Assembly: GCF_009914755.1 (NCBI RefSeq)
Contig: NC_060933.1
Direction: 5' to 3' (one strand)
Source of the DNA: the human T2T-CHM13v2.0 reference genome, Homo sapiens
DNA length: 64,000 nucleotides
Position 1 is the first letter of the stretch; each line of letters opens with the position of its first letter. The notes beneath the pieces are model-generated. The model saw only the letters and a list, made by a program, of their open reading frames with translations, was not told the origin of the DNA and ran no database searches. Positions 60,165-64,000 of the stretch are shown one piece after another. The position numbers were made by a program, and so were the translations under genes.

Positions 60165-60888
60165 ACCGGATTCTTTTTATTACAGACTTAAACTGGACAC
60201 TGGGCTGTGACCATCAGCAGTGTAATGTGAACCTGGCCTCATCTGTGCTGGGATAAAGCACCAAAGAGAACCCTGTGGAAGAAACCTCTGCGCTCCCCTC
60301 CCAGGACTAGCACCTCCTGGCTTCCTGCACACCAAGTGGAGGTGAAGATAAAGAAAGAGTCACAGAGAAGAAATAAAACACGTAGCCAGCAAAACACTCC
60401 TTTAGATGATGAGAGAGCAGATGCAGGAAGGGGCTCTACCAAGCTTCCTATGTCGTACATAATTTCCAGCTCCTAACATATTTGCAAAGCTTATTACAAT
60501 AAAACACTCATGTCTGCAAAAGGCATAAAGAGATATTTCACGTCACCCCTCTACTTCTTTGTTCCAGTGAGACTCTCTCTGTGCAAGTACAAGTCATGAT
60601 AACACAATACATATTTTAATGCAACAAGCCACTGCACTTGGTATCATTATAATAACTGGAAAAATTATATGTGTATTTCTTCATAGCATGTTTTCGTTCC
60701 TTTCTCAAAACAAGTCAAAGGCCCCTTTATCAAAGCACACATGATAGGAACTTGAAATGCAGCTTCCATCTAGGGCACACAGGGCCAATAAGCTTTGGAC
60801 CCAGTTTCTTGCCAAAGCACCTGCAGCTCCCACACCCCTGCCTGGGCCTGGGGTGCTCTGTGCCCCATGCCTGCTCCCCAGGACTCAC

Positions 60889-61058
60889 AGGTGGGCCAGA
60901 CCGGCCTTGCGCACAGCCGAGGAGATGGCTTTGATGGCCGTCAGCATTGAGTTCAGCAGCTGGGTGAGCTCCCCAGTCCCTTTGGCCTGACGCCCCTTTT
61001 CCATAACGTAGCGGGTCAGGGTGAGCATGTCGGTTTCGAAGGGGCTTCTGTCCGTCAT
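60889..61058 (-). CDS. FBP2: FBP2 coding exon 1 ([39 protein letters not shown]...AGLAHL); full CDS = 7 exons, 339 aa muscle fructose-1,6-bisphosphatase
   Basis: ATG at 61058 (gccaaaATG); donor CT|gtgagt; the N-terminus [10 protein letters not shown] distinguishes FBP2 from FBP1; exon lengths 170+163+93+141+138+120+195=1020. Confidence 0.98.
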
Positions 61059-61099
61059 TTTGGCTGGAATGCTTCAAATCCTTTTCTCCCGGCAGGAAA

Positions 61100-61400
61100 C
61101 CTTGCTTACTTCTGAGGGCTGCAGCTCCGCAGTGTGGAAGCCGATAAGAAATCTGTGCTGGCCCTGCCAGGATCTCTAAGGAAAAGGGCCCAAAACACAT
61201 GACTCAAACAACTGCTGGGGCCCTCAAGGAACTCCCTCTGGCCTCGGGGACTGTGGCAGCTGCCAGGGAGCCGCAGCAGTCTGTAAATAGGACGGGCTGC
61301 CCAGAAACATGGAGCTGCTTTCTCCTGCTGAGCACCCCCTTTCAAGATACCAAGAAGCCACCATTTAGGCACAGGTGGGAGGTGAGAAATCCAGTTGATT
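61100..61400 (-). promoter_or_regulatory. FBP2: Probable FBP2 proximal promoter and 5'UTR
   Basis: Unique sequence just upstream of the ATG; MEF2-like ctgtaaatag (one mismatch) at 61281-61290; no canonical TATA seen. Confidence 0.5.
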
Positions 61401-61899
61401 AAAAAATGATGCATAAAACCCTCTTATTCCAGGCTCCAAAGGATTCTTCACATATAGTGACTGCAGGGCCTGGCTCTCCCGAGGGTGGAGGTGGCAGATT
61501 CGCAGGTTCCTTATCTGGGACGTAGGTCACATAGTAACATAATGGCAACCCCAGAATTCCTTTAGCCAGGGTTTGGAATAAGTTAGGAAAGAATGCTTTT
61601 TATTTCCAGTAGGCATGTATGACCAGTGGATATCCACAGTAGAGATCCAGATCCGGAAGAAAACTATTATATTCCTAGCACAGTTCCTGGCACCAGTGTT
61701 ATTTTGTCAATATCTCTGGATGTCCACTTTTGTAACAAAAATTGCTTGTTAAAAAGGAAACACTAAAGAAGTGGATAAAGACAAACCTCCTCACCACCAG
61801 CCCATTCTCCCATCCCACTCTCCAGAAATCACTGCTGCTAGGGCTGGTGGCGGTCTGTGCAGCCAGTAGGCACTGGTGGGGTGCATATGGTGGTGGAAG

Positions 61900-62421
<522 letters not shown>

Positions 62422-63904
62422 GCCCTTCCAGTCTTTCAATGTGCTCACAACTATTGTGCAATCATACATAATCTCATTTCACAAAACAGTACAACATGCA
62501 CATTTCTCTGAAGGTCTTTTCCCCTGACAGTTATGTCGATTAGAATGTGTTCAGCTGCAAGAAATAGAACAACTAGAGCAATTTACACGTGGGGGTTTAT
62601 TTCCTCATAGACCAGGAGTGCACTAGGAGGTGGTGGCTGGTGTTCATTCAGCTGTTCTTGGTTCCACTGGGACCCCTCTCTGTCTCGTCTCTGTCATCCT
62701 TGGTCGGCTGGATTGTGCCCCTTGCTTGGCATCCTGGGGGCACAAAATGTCACTGCAGTTCTGAACATCTGGCCCACGTTGAAGATGCAAAGAGGGGAGC
62801 AAGGGCAGCTCCAACCACATCAGTTCCTTTTTATTAAGAAAGAACAGTTTCCCTGGAACCCATCCTCCCACCCCCGTAGACGTCCCTGTGCACAGCGTCT
62901 GCCAGATCAGGGTCGTGTGGTGATGCCTGCAGTGGGAGCTGGGAGCTGGCATTGGATCAACCAAACTGGTTGAGGAGGGCAACCAAATGGTTGAGATGGG
63001 CATTGGTGCTCACAATTTATGTGGAAACTTTCAGATAAAACTAACATCTACCAGTAGATCTTAATATGCAGGTTTAAGATCCCAAATATATATATATGTT
63101 ATTTATATATTTTTTTAGTTCCAGAAAGCAAATATTATGGGAAGATGTCCAAGTCAGCACACAGAGGCTTGGATCATTCCAGCTTGCGGACATTCAGATA
63201 ATTTAGGTAAGTTGGCTCCTCAAATAGTAATGCAACAAACATCCTTATATTGGGGCAAGTGCTTCAGTAAGATACAACCCCAGAAGAGGAACTGCTATGT
63301 GACAATGTTCTAATTCTTTTCGCGGGGGTGTGGGGGGGTCTATCTTCACTTACCAAGAAATATGCTACCTCTTAATAGAACAAATACAGGATCCCATACC
63401 CTTTTTGTGATTTTCATTCAATCTATTTCAACTTTCAACACTGAGGTGAATGGATAGATGGAGACAGATGACACCTCTATCTCAGTATGTGGCACACATT
63501 AATCCACCCAATTATTTGATCCAGTAGTGCTATTTTTACAGATGAGGAAACTAGGGCTTCCTAGGGATAACACAGCTACTAGCTAGAATCTCAGCCCAGA
63601 GCTACCTGAGGTTAGCGTTCTTTCTCTTATATGATACTTTCTCCCATTCTAGGATGCTCCTCCTCCCTAGATGACTGAGCACCATACACGACAATGCACA
63701 TATGCCTGTTAACACAATTAGAACATAGAATAAGACATGAGCTTAGAATTGAGTTCTAACAAGAGAGATCGCTATGTATAATAAAACAAGAACATCTGCC
63801 TGGGTCAGACCAGAGTATTGCTAAATCTATACCCAAAGGAAAGAAGCCTGGGCCGGGAATCAAAGCCCTCCGGGACTCAGATGCCTCAATTTAAAAATGA
63901 GATC

Positions 63905-64000
63905 CAGCTGAGCACAGTGGCTCACACCTGTAATCCCAGCACTTTGGGAGGCCAAGGCAGGGGGATCACTTGAGCCCAGGAGTTCAAGACCAGCCTGGCC
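63905..64000 (+). mobile_element. Alu 5' portion (cut by window edge)
   Basis: gtggctcacacctgtaatcccagcactttgggaggcc. Confidence 0.85.

Overview
Primate, almost certainly human, genomic DNA at the FBP2 locus (chr9q22 by gene identity). The only intact protein-coding gene is FBP2 (muscle fructose-1,6-bisphosphatase) on the minus strand. Its 7 coding exons (61058->26262) are reconstructed with canonical GT-AG junctions and sum to 1020 nt (339 aa + stop). The rest is mostly repeats: an env-deleted HERV-H provirus with both LTRs, PBS-His and TAAAG TSDs (7199-12842); a MER85 piggyBac MITE with an intact CSB-PGBD3 palindrome; a palindromic REP522-type duplicon forming a mirror-image CCAAT/TATA bidirectional promoter (about 21.9-22.6 kb, probable start of the antisense lncRNA PCAT7); HSMAR2 split by a MER9 LTR; a mosaic MER4-group ERV; a sense-oriented LTR12C in FBP2 intron 1; about 30 Alus; and L1/L2/MIR/MLT remnants. 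No new protein-coding system is supported. The most interesting signals are regulatory or structural: the palindromic promoter with G-rich outward arms, two CCAAT-rich repeat promoters converging across FBP2, a hexamer that could act as FBP2 branch point and antisense splice donor, a 162-bp inverted duplication, and a recent 123-bp duplication making a three-monomer Alu. Repeat subfamily names come from recalled consensus sequences, and repeat boundaries without TSDs are approximate.
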